This document shows, piece by piece, positions 24,621 to 37,720 of a DNA stretch of 64,000 bases. Each line of letters begins with the position of its first letter. Within the stretch, counting starts at the first letter, position 1. Origin of the DNA: Podarcis muralis. Its lineage: Eukaryota. The stretch lies in the NCBI RefSeq assembly GCF_964188315.1, contig NC_135655.1, positions 100,440,001-100,504,000 on the forward strand, in the 5' to 3' direction. Under the pieces are notes generated by a model. That model had not been told where the DNA came from and did no database searches. It saw only the letters and a list, made by a program, of their open reading frames with translations. A program made the translations under genes and the position numbers.

Positions 24621-25829
24621 ACTATACATTATGAGAAATTACCTGTTGTGTCAGGATTGGAAGCTATTGGTTAAAAGAGGAGATAAGCTTAGCAAGCTGT
24701 AACTAAAGCTTTAGAAAAGAGAGACAACTATATATGGAATCAAATTATGTTCTGAAAAGTGCATTTGATCTGAAGGTAAACAGTTACTCCTTGATTCCAG
24801 CTCTTCAACCGTAGCAAAGAGGCTCTCTCATCCACAAAAAGGTGCCATTTGTTGGATATAAATTGGATGAATTATTAATTTTATCATAGCTTAGATGACA
24901 GCTAATATTAGAACATTAAATTATTAATTTTCCAAGTCTGACTGTATAAAAAAAAGCAAGAATAAACACACACGGAGGCACTTTTTAGGTAGGTTCTGCC
25001 TTCTGTACATTAGCTAGATAACAGAAAACAAAACATGGGAGACCTAGAAAAAGATTGAAAGCCTTCCAGATGTTTTATCTGGATATCCCCCCCCCACTCT
25101 GACCCCCAATCACGGCTTTGAAAATCATCTAGCATTTCACGTCTACTATGTTACAACTATTATAGAATGAATACGTGTCATGCCAACTGCTCACAGAGCA
25201 TCAGTGCCATGCAATTCACTTGGCTGCAGACAGGTTTCTTGGGGTGTCTAGGCCAATGAATAAATAAAAGCATTTGCAAACCTTGGGATATGAGTAACCT
25301 CTGCACTCAGCATGAGAGTACATTTTTATCCCTGGAGTATGCCATGCGCATTATTTGCTACCCTCCTTCTTTTCCACCCTCTCATGTTTCGCTTTAACTT
25401 ACCTCAAGGCCTAAGGTGCATAAACACTTCAGGCCTTCATTTCTCTCTTTCTCCCTCTCTCTCCCTCCTTCTCTCTTTCTCTTTTTTCTCCAGCATTTCA
25501 GTCATAAGAGCCAGCGCAGGATTTATCTGGTTGTGCTGCCCTAGAGGCTAATACTGATTTTCCTGTCAACTATCTCCTTTGCAAACACTCATCCTTCCCC
25601 CCACCTCCATCTCCAGATGAGCCAGGGAGCTTCAAAAACAATAACACGAAACCCTGCCTCACTCCAAGCCCAAATGAGAAAGGTGTCCAACTGTCACACA
25701 CGTTCCTTTCAAGCAAGGCAGAGGATGCTACCATCCTGCACACAGGGGAGGCTAGGAAGAGGGGTACAGTGAGGATACTGACACATATGTGTATGCAAAG
25801 ATACGGGAGGGTGAAGTTTCTAGCCAGAA

Positions 25830-26100
25830 GAGAAACAGCTGTCTGTCCCCAAGCTTCACTGGGAATTAATCCAGCTCAAAGCTGGATTAAGTTCTATTTA
25901 AAAATAATAATAACTGACTCCCCGCCCCCCTCACACACACACAGATAACTTGTGTGCCACTGCCAAATACGGTGACTATTTAGCCTACAATAATTAGTCA
26001 GAGGTATCTGTTTACCATTAAGGAAGGGTCTTTTTAATCATGGTGGCTGTTGTTGTTTACATACTTCTCAGATAAGCTTGTCTTGCTTATTTTATCTTGA
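25830..26100 (+). promoter_or_regulatory. muscle/cardiac-type promoter or enhancer
   Basis: E-box CAGCTG 25836, inverted TAATCC/GGATTA pair 25866-25890, MEF2-consensus TTAAAAATAA 25898, GC box about 25920, GATA sites at 25943, 26070 and 26092, CArG-like CCAAATACGG 25963, forkhead TGTTTAC at 26009 and 26054. Confidence 0.55.
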
Positions 26101-26643
26101 GAACACAAAGTACTACACGGGTAGATGCTGGTAGAAATATTGAGGCTTCAAAATCACCGTAGTTGGATTTGGAGTTTTGTTTGTAGGAAGTCTGTTGTCA
26201 CACCCTGCGCTGTTTTAGCTTTGTTTCCCCGCTGAGGAAAACTCTTGTGCAGACTCCTTTTCTCATCGGAAGCCAGTGCCAGCATCTAAAGCTGAAAGGC
26301 TCACTGAAAGAAGGAGCCAGAAGGGGCTTGAATGAGAAAAAGCAGCTCTGGCTGCTGCATTTCCTAATGCTCAGGATCAATTTGTAGGGTCAGTGCAACA
26401 CTGCATGCTGTGCTGGGAGTGCAACACTGGCATTGTGTCGCAGATGATGCAAAGAATACCACTGCTGTTGACATCTGTTCACCTCGGCATTCCATGACTG
26501 AAATACGTTGTAGCCGGCAACAGTGAAATTATTAGCTGTTAGGATATGTGTCAGACATTTTAAATGTTTTAAATTGTTTTAAACTGTGTTGTTTTGTTGT
26601 TTGCTGATCCAGGTCCCTTGGGAGCAACGGCGGTACATAAATT

Positions 26644-26792
26644 CAGTGCTTCCCCCCCCCCTAAAAAATGTTTAGGGGTATTCTCATTTTCCTACTCATA
26701 TTGAAATACTGCCACTGAATGAGGCCAAACTTGGATTCACAAAATGTTTAGGGGTATGCGTACCCCTGTGTCCCCCCCAGAAAAAAAGGCTG
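26644..26792. mobile_element. hAT-type MITE
   Basis: CAGTGCT...GGCTG termini with a perfect 8-bp TSD CATAAATT (26636-26643, 26793-26800). Confidence 0.85.
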
Positions 26793-27198
26793 CATAAATT
26801 TAAACAACAACAACAACAATATTTTCTCAGGCATTTTTCCTTAACTATTTTTGGCTAGGTAAAACATGTCAGAACCAGCAATGTGCTTAGGCAGGTTTGC
26901 TTCCTTAATGGGGGCTCTTATATTATATGGCCTTAGGGCGAAGGACGGGAAATAAATAAACAAATAAATTTGCCCTGTTAGTTGGTAACCTGGTGTTACC
27001 CAAGTACCATGGGAATGAAGCCTTCTTAAGAGGGATAGAAACATGACAGTGGGGCAGTATGTCCAAAAGTAGATGTTCCGACAAAGAGAAGGCTAATCCA
27101 CAAAATTGTGATATTCACTTGAGAAAAGCAACTTTTCTTGTAAGCATAAAGTAATTGTTTGTTGTTTCCGGAACTGAATTGCTAGTTGTTTCTTCTAG

Positions 27199-27243
27199 GT
27201 GTGTTCCTGTGTCTCCAACAGCAGCTTTGCCATACATAAACAG
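27199..27243 (+). other. candidate 45-nt internal exon
   Basis: TTGTTTCTTCTAG| acceptor and CAG|GTAACA donor. Confidence 0.5.
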
Positions 27244-30200
27244 GTAACATTTACTGTAATGACCTTAATGATATAACTTAGTCATCCCCAACCTAGTTCC
27301 TTTAGATGTTTTGGACTTCAGCTTTCATCTGCCCCAGCCAGTGTGGCCATTAGTCAGGGATGATGGGACTTGTAGTCTGAAACAGATGGTGCACACCAGG
27401 CTGATACACCTGGCCAGGGAAGGGGCAAGGGCACAGAAAAAACATAGTTCTGTATACTTCTAGACCTTGTTTCTGAAAAAATAATAATCATAGAGCTACA
27501 TGATGATGGGCAAATACATTTCAGAAAGGTTGGGTACTTTGTGATCCTGGCTTTTCATAGTAGCAAAACTTTGTAGTTACTCTTGAAAGGTGATACATAA
27601 ACATTTCTTCTTAAAAAAACTTTATCTGATTTCTCACATTTTGGTTATGTTGCCCATTATAAGAGATTCGATAAGACATCCAATCTCCCTGTGGTATTTT
27701 ATTTTGACACGTTTCAAATGAAAACACAGCTCATTATGTTATGCCAAATTCAAACACGTTGTCACCTGTTTTATGTATTCAAATGTATTTCATTCTTGTT
27801 GTTCTAGGTATCTGAATTTGATACATAACAAGTCAGGATATGCTAATCAACATGGTCAAAATTAGCCTCAGATTAACCCAGTTATAGTCTCCTCTGCCTG
27901 CCTTAATGGATTCATTTGTCATATGGCAAATACTTTCTGAGGTGAGAGTTTGGCTATATGTGTAACTACTCCTTTTTTCTGAAATGAAGAATTGCTAGCA
28001 CTGCAATGAGCATGCTAATACAGAATTGAAAAACATTGCAATTGTACTACCATTCATCTGTTTCAAATAAACTATGATATAGGCTTAACTCCCTCACCCC
28101 AGTTTATCCATTGGTACTGAAGCCAGTGTGATTTACACTGGTGTATGTTCCCCAAAAGGGATGTTCTAGGGGAGTGGCATAGGCAATGCAGGGCGAGAAG
28201 AATCTTACATCTATTCCAAACCCCTTCACCTCAGTCACATGACCTAGCAACCCAGTGGAACACAGCTGGCAGAAAGGATGGTGAAAGTTGAATTTCTCTA
28301 ATTTGATCCTGAGCAGAGTCTGGAATAGGGACAACTTAAGCTGGTGTGATCTATGTCATCATAAATTCTGCCAACTTTCTAGAGTTAGGATTGTTCTGCT
28401 AGGCTTCTTTTTCACTTCCATTTTAAGCAAAACACTTAACTATGAATGAAGTTCTGTGCACACTTATCCCAAAGTACTCAGAGTAACTTATTTCTGAGCA
28501 TTTCTGACCACCCTTCATCAATTAGATAACAGGGCCTTGTAGGCAGGTTTAAGATTATACTGTAAATATAATTACAAATGGAGAAATGTACGGGAGATTG
28601 AGAGTTATGCATTGTAGAGGAAAACATCACCAAAGGAGAAAGGTTATAAGAATGTTCCCTGAAGTAGACTCTATCCAGAAGAAGGTTGCAATTCATTTAT
28701 TCAGCAGGGCTTTCTGTCAGGTAAATTTGCCAAGTATTTCAGCCTCAAATTATGGGAGTAAGGATTATCCTATTCAAATTTGTCCATGGATTTGTAGGTA
28801 TTAGTTTCCCAGTGGGGAGGCCATGGCACTCTACATATGTTTTAGAACTCTTTCCCCTTTATAATGGGCATTGGAGGGGAAAGGATAATCCCTGAATAGT
28901 TCATGTCAATATCACAGGTGTTAGCAGAGTCTATGTTGTATTATGTTGCGTCCTCAAGAAAAGAATGTGTTTACCAACCAACTTCTAATTTAGCACACAT
29001 GCTCTAAACCAAGAGCCCAGGCAACTGGCTACCTTGGATGCAGCCTGAGAGTAGTTCAGAGGGTTTCCACAGGTACAGCATCCTCCTTCTGGTGTAAAAT
29101 GGATAACATAACTACAGACTGAATGCTAATGCAGTTAATTAATTGAACAGTACTTGAGGTAGAACTTGACACTATCATGTCTCCTGATGTCAAATCTGAC
29201 ATGGGTTCTAGCATGAAAAGGCTTTGACCTTTTTCCTCCTCATGCTTTGGGGAGCTCTGAGAGTGCTAGGGGCATTTGAATGGTCCTACTATAAGGAACA
29301 TGGCCAGTACTCCCCTGTTGTGTGATAGAGGCACACTGGAATTTTAAAGGAGCTCATGAAAGGGGTCATATACATAGTACTGAGCATCAAACACATACTT
29401 GCATAAATCCTTAGTTTGCCAGAAATCCTACTTTGCTATAGTATGTCTAACACAATGGTTAATCCCTCCACTGCCCATTTATTCTTCCTATACATGGGTG
29501 AATGCCCAAAGGCATAATAGTGAGAAAGGAGAGGAGGTTGCAAGGAAATCAGTAAAAGAAAAGGAAGGCGATTGTATTGCATATTGACAAGGAAAGGTTG
29601 AATTCAAAACAGAAGTCTCCCCCTTACAACACCACTCCAATAAATGCAGCCTAGTAAATGTGTTCCTATATAAAATGAATTATGCAGTGATTTTAAATAT
29701 GGTGTGAGGATGAGGTGTATATTAACTGATGAGACAGCGAGTGAGAGAAAGGGAGGAAGAAGTGTTGAGGAATATGTTGAGTCAAAGTGTGTGTATGGTA
29801 TTATTGCAAGCAAACCAGGACATAATTTGACCACCTACTAAGTAGAAGGAACATTGGAAAGGGGAATACGTCTTATGTATTGTAAGCAAGTGGGGTCATT
29901 TATACTATCCAGGTATAAAATGTTACCATATTGCATCTGAATCATTCAACCGTCTAGATCCAAATGAGGCTATATCCTTAAATAACTTGTCAGATTTATA
30001 CATGCCAAAAGCAGGTATGTGCCATTGCGAAAGGATTGGAATTTTAGGAACCTTTTCATTTTACCTGCAAATATTTCCAGGTTTCCTTAATCAGATTCAT
30101 ATTTCACATAAGTCTTCCAAATCTGCCTTATATTTATACTTTGTAAGTTCTAGTCATGCACACATTTACCCTTGAAGGCAGTAGGTATTTTGATTTCCTT

Positions 30201-30337
30201 ATGCCTGAAAAGCTTTGAGATTGAAACTTTCTCTCCTTCTAATTCTTTCCTCAAAAGCCACCTTTTCCTGCCTTTAGACCTGCATTTGCTGCAGCACACA
30301 TGGAACTTCCATTTTTTTTCTCTCTTTCCATTTACAG

Positions 30338-30583
30338 ATTTTAAACTACTATCTTGTAGACTGGAAGCTACTTGGGGTAGAAATTTGCTGTCTGTTTTGG
30401 AACTGGAAATAACCACCGCAACTGCAGCAGTTCAGGCAGTAGATCTCCTCAGATTACTCTGGGCAGTTTACAACATCACTGTCTCACATGTTGCACAGCA
30501 AGTAACTTAAGTATCTTTACCATGCGATATCACAGCCGTTCTGACTGGGAACAATCTCTGGCAACCGACAGTAGGGAAATGAG
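30338..30583 (+). other. candidate 246-nt exon: 5'UTR plus a possible start codon at 30522
   Basis: Long pyrimidine tract TTCCATTTTTTTTCTCTCTTTCCATTTACAG| and GAG|GTAACA donor; ACCATGC Kozak context. Confidence 0.55.
30522..30583 (+). CDS. putative N-terminal coding segment MRYHSRSDWEQSLATDSREM (phase 2); product unidentified
   Basis: A at -3; open to the donor; stays open if spliced to 48141. Confidence 0.3.
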
Positions 30584-30845
30584 GTAACACTTTGGAGCAG
30601 GGGGTAGGCTTGTATTTCTCTGGACTTCCTCCTTTGAAGGACCGATCCCTCCTGTCTCATAAGGGAAAGCCACAAAGAACAATATATTCACTCCAAGGCC
30701 GTTTACTGAGAAAGTAGCTGGCTGGTTGGCTGGGCCATCACCAATTTAACTTGGTTCCCATGATCAACAGAGATGCTAAATAATAAACATCTGAGCTTGT
30801 TTCCCAACTTAGCATATGTTCCAGTAGCAGGATGAGCTCACTGTA

Positions 30846-31068
30846 CAGTGGTACCTCGGTTTACGAACTTAATCCATTCCGGAAACTGTTCTTAAACCGA
30901 GGTGCGCTTTCCCTAATGAGGCCTCCCACCGCTGGTGCCCTTCCACCATTCGGCTTCCATTCTTAGCCTGAGGTAAAGTTCACAAACCAGGACACTAGTT
31001 CCGGTTTTGCGGAGTTCGTAAACCAAATAGTTCGTAAACAGGGCTGTTCTTAAACCGAGGTACCACTG
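30846..31068. mobile_element. Tc1/mariner (Tigger-like) MITE, second subfamily
   Basis: TA|CAGTGGTACCTCGGTTTA...TAAACCGAGGTACCACTG|TA. Confidence 0.9.
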
Positions 31069-32942
31069 TACTGAGAAACAACAGTAAGACTGGCATTATT
31101 CTTCACAGAAACCTGGGAACACTACAGATGGAAGGATTGGGGATCTGCATGGGCTCTTGGTGCTGGTGGTTACAGAGAGAAGGGGGAATCAATAAAAATC
31201 TCTTTCTCCTTGGTCCAGTGCTGAATCAGAGCCCATTCTGGAAATGGATCGAGTCTTTCTATTTTTCAGATGGCAACTCTGCATCCAATCCAATTAATCT
31301 AATTGATGATTCAGTTGAAAGATGCTGATTTAAAACGTCTAGTGATCTAAGTGCCAAGAGACTAGTTCCTTTTTGTGTTGGTAAAGCTCTTCACCCTGAT
31401 AGTGCCAAGAGAGAAGGATGGGTGCTCTGCTGCTAGCACCCACAACTTTTTGTCTAAAAGAAATTGTGTGCCCATCTGGAAATCATCAGCTAGACTGATG
31501 CCCATTTACAGCAGCTAGGCAACTTTTCTAACCTACTTCTGTGGGAGCCACAATCACTTGCCTAGTACTTTTGTTGGAAGCGTTTTGTTCCATAGGGCAA
31601 AAGGAAAAGTTTGGAATGAGATTAAATGCAGGGGATCAACTAGCCACCACCATGTCAGCCTGGCCAACTTAAACAGTTCCACTTGGCTGTCGAAACAGCT
31701 CTCCTATCCAAAATTATTTTGCAGCAAAAATAATTTATTTGGCATTGGGGGCAGATTTCATGGCTTGGGGCCAACTCTCCCCTCAGCCTCTCAAGTGCCA
31801 CTTCCTAGAGCCCTCCGATTGACCGTATGAGATTTCAGAAGGGACCCGAATCTGTGCTGAATAGCAAAATCAAAAATGTGCACATCAGCTTCCTTTTACT
31901 AAATGTTCAATTACGGAAACATTATTCCTAAGCCATTGCCTGTCCCTGGCTTCCTGAACGACCAGTCTGAGTGCTTTAGCACTGTATAGAACTGTTCAGC
32001 TGAAGAATTTAAGGATGACACTGAAACAGGAAGAGAGCTTAGCATTAAGCATCAAAGAAGCTACTTTCTTTCACACTCTTGCATGACATAGTTGATAACT
32101 CTGCCAGTCTTTCTTCCTTCTTCCCCTGCTTAGCACTTGTTATTTGGGTGCCACTATTCAAATACTATGGAAATAGGAGTACGTCATTTAGCCTCTTCAG
32201 TTCACTCGAGTTTTATTTTTGGACTGAGATGCCCATGCTACTAATATGAATGTGAGGAAACTTTTGCCAGAAAGAAACTGCTCCCCCCACCCTCTTCAGT
32301 AGTCTAAATCAGGAAGCCTAAAATGTTGCAGGAAAAACGGCTCACAGAACTTAAATATTATCTTGATGAGCTCTGAAGAAGCGCATATTGTGTATGTATG
32401 TATTTATTTTTTAAAAAAGGAATCTATCAGGATTTCATTCTGATTGCAAATAACATAGTAAAATTTCAAAATGAGTTTTTCAAAAATGTTGATATTCTGC
32501 CACTTTATATAGTGAAGTTGAAGAAGGCTGGGACAAAATCCTGCGTAGTTTTCTCTCCCTCAAAAATAATATCCTGCTCTGTGAATGTGTGGGGTGGGTG
32601 GGTGTGACATTCTTCCATAGTGACAGATGAAATTTCTCCAAATTTGGGGAGAGAGCCAACCTATTAGGTTTTGTTGAGAAGTTCGGTTGGTGCAAAGATT
32701 TGGAGAGTGCTTTGGTCACTTCCCGCCACCCATGCATCCTGGAATGCTTTAGGAATGGCACAACATGATGTGATGTGGCATTGCTCCCAAGGCAATCCAA
32801 GACGTGTAGCTATCGGTAACTGCAGCCTTAACGCACTGCGAATGGCGCTGGGCTTTCTTTAAGGGGTAAAAGCAAGACAAAATTGCAAAATGTCTTAATC
32901 AAATAATACATTACAGCAAAAAGCTCGTGGTGAAGATGCAAG

Positions 32943-33004
32943 ATGCCTAATACTGATATCTTCTGGAAGTGTCCCACACCAGAAAAGTTTGGGATTGATA
33001 TTAG
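32943..33004 (+). CDS. putative alternative N-terminal coding segment MPNTDIFWKCPTPEKFGIDI (phase 2) in a candidate first exon
   Basis: AAGATGC Kozak context and TAG|GTAAGA donor; upstream TTCCCGCC (32720) and two GGAATG MCAT motifs (32741, 32752). Confidence 0.25.
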
Positions 33005-33213
33005 GTAAGAAAGTGAAATCACGAGATGTTGGCTCTGGAGATTGCATGACAGCCTCCCCATTTTAGGCAGAATTTGCTGATACAAATGCTTTGAGTAGAG
33101 AATGCTTTTTATTTTATATTTTCCACTTCTCATCCCTGCATGCCTCTTGAAAGTATTTTTTACCTATCTTCCCCTTTCTTTTTTCACACTCAACTTATAT
33201 CTTACTGCTCTTT

Positions 33214-33386
33214 CAGTGGTGCCAACTTGAATCAAATATTGGGGGCAGGTTCCTACATAATCAGTCACATGATGCAGCACACACTTACTATTTGAATGGA
33301 AATGCCCATTAACTTTGGGGAGCCTGGACCTCTCAAATATTTTATTGGGGGGAAGGGCCCCTGGCCCCTAAGAGGTGGCTCCTATG
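33214..33386. mobile_element. hAT-like MITE
   Basis: Imperfect TIRs CAGTGGTGCCAACT / AGGTGGCTCCTATG; TSD not clear. Confidence 0.5.
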
Positions 33387-33486
33387 CTCCCCCAAACCCT
33401 ACTAATTTCTTTTACCCCACTTTTTACATTCACTTCTTCTTATAACAGCTTTCACCTTCCTTCCCCATCCTTTCTACCTGAGTTTA

Positions 33487-33875
33487 CAGTGGCACCTTGG
33501 TTCCCAAACTCAATCCATTCTGGAAGTCTGTTCAACTTCCAAAACATTCGCAAACCAAGGCACAGCTTCTGATTGGCTGATTGCCCCCAGAAACAATGTC
33601 AAAAGCCAAAATGGACATTCGGCTTCCAAAAAACGTTCACAAACCGGAATACTTACTTCTGGGTTTGCAACGTTCAGGAGCTGATTTGTTCGGGAGCCAT
33701 CTAAACCAGCCCCCAATCCAATACAGTCGTACCTTGGTTGCTGAATGCCTTGGAACTCGTACATTTCAGCTCCCGAACGATTGGAAACTGGAAGTGAGTG
33801 CTCTGGTTTTTGAATGGTTCTGGGAGCTGAACGGACTCCCGGAACATATTCTGTTTGTGAACCAAGGTACGACTG
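33487..33875. mobile_element. Tigger-like non-autonomous transposon (longer form)
   Basis: TA|CAGTGGCACCTTGGTTC...GAACCAAGGTACGACTG; explains ORFs 33510-33887 and 33581-33883. Confidence 0.85.
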
Positions 33876-35300
33876 CACTTTGAACATTTTATGTCACATT
33901 ATAATTTCCTTCAATAGCTTCCTCCACAACACCCACAAATTCTCTGTCTCCCACCTTTACTAAGCAGAAGAACAGTTACTGAGGTTGTGACTGGACCATC
34001 CCAAAGGCCATGATGCTGCAATTGAGGAGGAACTAAGCAGGCTGCAGGCCCAGAAATAATAAATACTCTAGGGGACAGCATCTTGAGAGAAAGAGATTAA
34101 TTTTGAAAATGAGAATGTTTAAAAACATATGTTCTTTTCCTGCTTATACCCAGTATTATACTTATCAGTTCCTCCGTATCAATATAGTAATTCACTTTTT
34201 ATGATAATAGTTAATTGTTGTAGTGTTCTTAGGACACTCCATGGGATTTAACCTTCCCTTGCTAACTTGGGCGTTTGCAGCGCACACAAAGCCTTGTCCA
34301 CCGAATATAAAATAAACCTCATTTGTCCTGCAATTTCTTCCAATTTCCAAGCTCTTATCTCCAAATCCTAATTAACAATGATTTTTAAAAAGTAATGTGG
34401 CCTTTCTAGAACGTGAAATATGTTAACTTGATAAGAAAGTCCCAGATATTTTAGAAAGTCATTTCGTTTCCCGACCCTCACTTTATTAGGATTTCTGCAG
34501 CTAATACTATTTTGTTCATTGAAAATGAAAAGATCCAGCAATTCTGAGCTGCCAGAGGAAAGAGACATTCAATTCTGTGCTTTATTTATATACAACAGTA
34601 TCGTATGTATGTGCATGTCAGAGACTGGAGGCTTTTTTTTGGCTGTTGATAACCCACCCAAATCTAATTTAATCAAATATTTAAGGAAGTAATAATTAAT
34701 TTTTAAAGAATCCAACTGAACCATGACTAGGAAGAAACGTTATTGTTTATTTTTAATGCCAGAAAAGTATTCCTGATGCGATTTTAATATTTCATGTAAA
34801 GCAGTAACTTTCTTTTCCCGCACCCCAGGTTTTTTTTATATTCCCACTGTTCATGTAATCTGAGGGAAAGTTGCAGTTTTATAGGGAAGTTTGGAACACA
34901 GAACTTCACATTTGTCTACACTTGGGGGGATATTTGTAACTAACTAAAACACAGCCAGCCTTTTCCCTATCAAGCTAAAGAATTTTTAGATGGATTTGTT
35001 TCAATAGACTGCTATTTTAAGGGGGGGCAGATAACTTTACATTGCACTCATATGCAAACCTACTCAAAACCAAGCTCCATATTCAGTTCAGCATGGGTTA
35101 CTTCCAAGGAAACGTGCATCGGACTGCCGTCCAACTGACATAGTTGAAAGGAGACTGCATTACCATGTTTGCCCCTTGCTACTATGGACATTTCGAAGCT
35201 GTCAAATCCCTGTGTATTTTCCTGTGTCACTCTTTAGCTTTCTTCTTTTGGCTTGCCAGCCTCAGCCTCATTCCTTCCTCCTTTCCTTTCCTTTTCAAAG

Positions 35301-35385
35301 AAGTATCTTTCACATTGTGAGCTTTGTTAATGCTTGAAACTGCAGAAGCCTGTTTATTGCTCTGCAGCTCTAGCCCTAGTTAAAG
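35301..35385 (+). other. candidate cassette exon with downstream Rbfox motifs
   Basis: Very long pyrimidine tract ending TTTTCAAAG|, weak AAG|GTGTGG donor, TGCATG at 35416 and 35462. Confidence 0.3.
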
Positions 35386-35606
35386 GTGTGGACTGCCAAA
35401 TTGGAGGGTGGGGCATGCATGCATTAGCAGTGCAGTGGCAAACATAGCTTGACAGATGGGTTGCATGTTAAAATGAATGTTTGAAGTAAGGTGCAATAAA
35501 AAAAGCTGTAAACAAAGAATGCTTGAGTCTTAGGTCACAGAAGGACCACACAAGTTGCTGGTCTTAAGCCTGTGAGATACATGGCTCGTGTCTGGTTTAG
35601 TTCTTA

Positions 35607-35925
35607 GAGAGCCAGTGTGTAGTAGTTAAGAGCAGTAGTCTCGTAATCTGGGGAACTGGGTTCGCATCTCCGCTCCTCCACATGCAGCTGCTGGGTGAAC
35701 AGGGCTGCCTTGAGATGTCTTCTGAATGTCAGGTAGTTGTTTATTGCTTTGACATCTGATAGGAGGGTGTTCCACAGGGCAGGCGCCACTACCGAGAAGG
35801 CCCTCTGCCTGGTTCCCTGTAGCTTTGCTTCTCGCAATGAGGGAACCATGGGGGTGGAGACGCTCCTTCAGGTATACTGATAAAGCGGGATATCAAATCC
35901 AAACTCCTCCTCCTCCTCTTCTTCT
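35607..35925 (+). mobile_element. chimeric Squam3-like SINE with its middle replaced by an antisense L2 fragment
   Basis: SINE head 35607-35698, reverse-complement L2 35698-35879, SINE tail 35880-35925. Confidence 0.85.
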
Positions 35926-36023
35926 TCTCCCTCTGCCCTTTCTTTCCTTTCTTGCTGCTTCTTACAGGGAAGAGGCAAGCAACCTCATCTCCACTCAGTG
36001 AGTCAACTATTAACCTGTTTTCT

Positions 36024-36242
36024 CATACCCTCCAACATTTCTCCGATGAAAATAGAGACATCCTATTCAACAACAACAATAATAGTAATAGTAATACTCC
36101 ACACATCTGACTGAGTTGCCCCAGCCAGTCTGGGTTGTTTCCAACACATATAAAAACGTAATGAAGCATGAAAATTTAAAAATCTTTCCTATACTGGGCT
36201 ATACTGGGCTGCCTTCAGATGTCTTCCAAAGGTTGTATAGTT
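36024..36242. mobile_element. truncated copy of the composite element at 22582-22927
   Basis: CATACCCTCCAACATTTCTCCGATGAAAATAG start followed by the antisense L2 tail. Confidence 0.7.
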
Positions 36243-36480
36243 AGGTCTAGGCCAAGGAATGACTTTCAGTGGCTTGGTAATGCTCGCCTGAAAGGAGAGA
36301 AGAGTCCTCGAAGCCCAACATTTCACTCTGGTTCATATTTGTTTTCAACAGTCATTCAGCTCAAAAGTGCCTGGTTAGGGCCAACCAGCAACGCACCACT
36401 GAAGAGTGCTTCAGAAATTCAAAAGTGGGTTGCTGTTTGCTGTTTTGCAGGCTGAAGTCACCTTAAATCTCCTTGAAAGA

Positions 36481-36824
36481 CCTACAGTGGCTCCCTGTAC
36501 GTTTCCAAGCACAATTCAAAGTGTTGGTGCTGACCTTTAAATCCCTAAACGGCCTCGGTCCAGTATACCTGAAGGAGCATCTCCACCTCCATCATTCTGC
36601 CCAGACACTGAGGTCCAGCGCCGAGGGCCTTCTGGCGATTCCCTCACTGTGAGAAGCCAAGTTACAGGAAACCAGGCAGAGGGCCTTCTCGGTAGTGGCG
36701 CCTGCCCTGTGGAACACCCTCCCACCAGATGTCAAAGAGAAAAATAACTACCAAACTTTTAGAAGACATCTAAAGGCAGCCCTGTTTAGGGAAGCATTTA
36801 ATGTTTAATAGGTTACTGTATTTT

Positions 36825-36855
<31 letters not shown>

Positions 36856-36856
36856 A
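36481..36856 (+). mobile_element. L2 LINE 3' end with (ATT)n tail
   Basis: Translates LQWLPVRFQAQFKVLVLTFKSLNGLGPVYLKEHL...TLRSSAEGLL, typical of the L2 ORF2 C-terminus. Confidence 0.85.
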
Positions 36857-37419
36857 TAGGGAACGGTGCCTCCATTTATTTCAGTAAAGTGAATTTGCAA
36901 AACTATGCTCAGGAAAACTGCTGCTGGGGGGGCAAATGCTCCACATTCCCTCACACACAGGGGACTCTCTCCCCACAAAGATCCCCTGCATGGATAGGTG
37001 AACATTTGCCCAGGGTCACACTTTTCCTAAATGAAGCAGTTCAAGGCAGCCACTGTGCAAACCAACAGAGAACATTTGTCCGTTGGCAGAATTAGCTTAT
37101 GAACTTCATTGGAAGAAAAACAGATGGATTGCCTAATTGTTATCGTGGTATATTTATGCAGATGTGCTGGATGAAGACGGCTTATCTCATATCTTTTGGA
37201 AACTGTACCTCTCAAAGTATCAGTCATGGCTGGGAGCTGCTTGGAAGGGCAACAAACCACCTCCTATCTCATTTCTGGTTGAAGAGAGGCCCTAGATCTG
37301 GAAGGGGAGGTCAACAACACAGAATATTTACGAGAACTGAATTGAGAGAACATGCTAATATGGAAGAGAATCACTTAGGTCATTGCCAGATGGTTTGTTA
37401 ATACAGTATGCAACAAATT

Positions 37420-37680
37420 AATGAGAGCTTCATGGAGAGCACTGAAAAGTATAGCATGGAGAAAGTCAACAAAGGATTTTTCTCCCTCTCATAAGATGAG
37501 AACTCAGGGTCTTCTAAGTAAGCTGAATGTTGGAAGATTCAGGACCGATTAAATAAAGCATGTCTTCAGTCTATAGTTAAACTTACTGGGATTTGCTACT
37601 GCAACAAGATATAGTGATGACCACCAATTTGGACAGCTTTAAAATAGGATTAGATAAATTCATGGAGGGTAAGACTACCA
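37420..37680 (+). mobile_element. CR1 LINE 3' fragment
   Basis: AAGCTGAATGTTGGAAGATTCAGGAC...CCACCAATTTGGACAGCTTTAAAATAGGATTAGATAAATTCATGGAGG. Confidence 0.75.
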
Positions 37681-37720
37681 GCGTGAGGGCAGCAGCATAT
37701 ACCTGGCTTGCCACTATTGG

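Noticed and set aside
26385-26470. miRNA hairpin
   Set aside because: GTGCAACACTG occurs as a direct repeat, not an extended inverted repeat; no mature miRNA recognised
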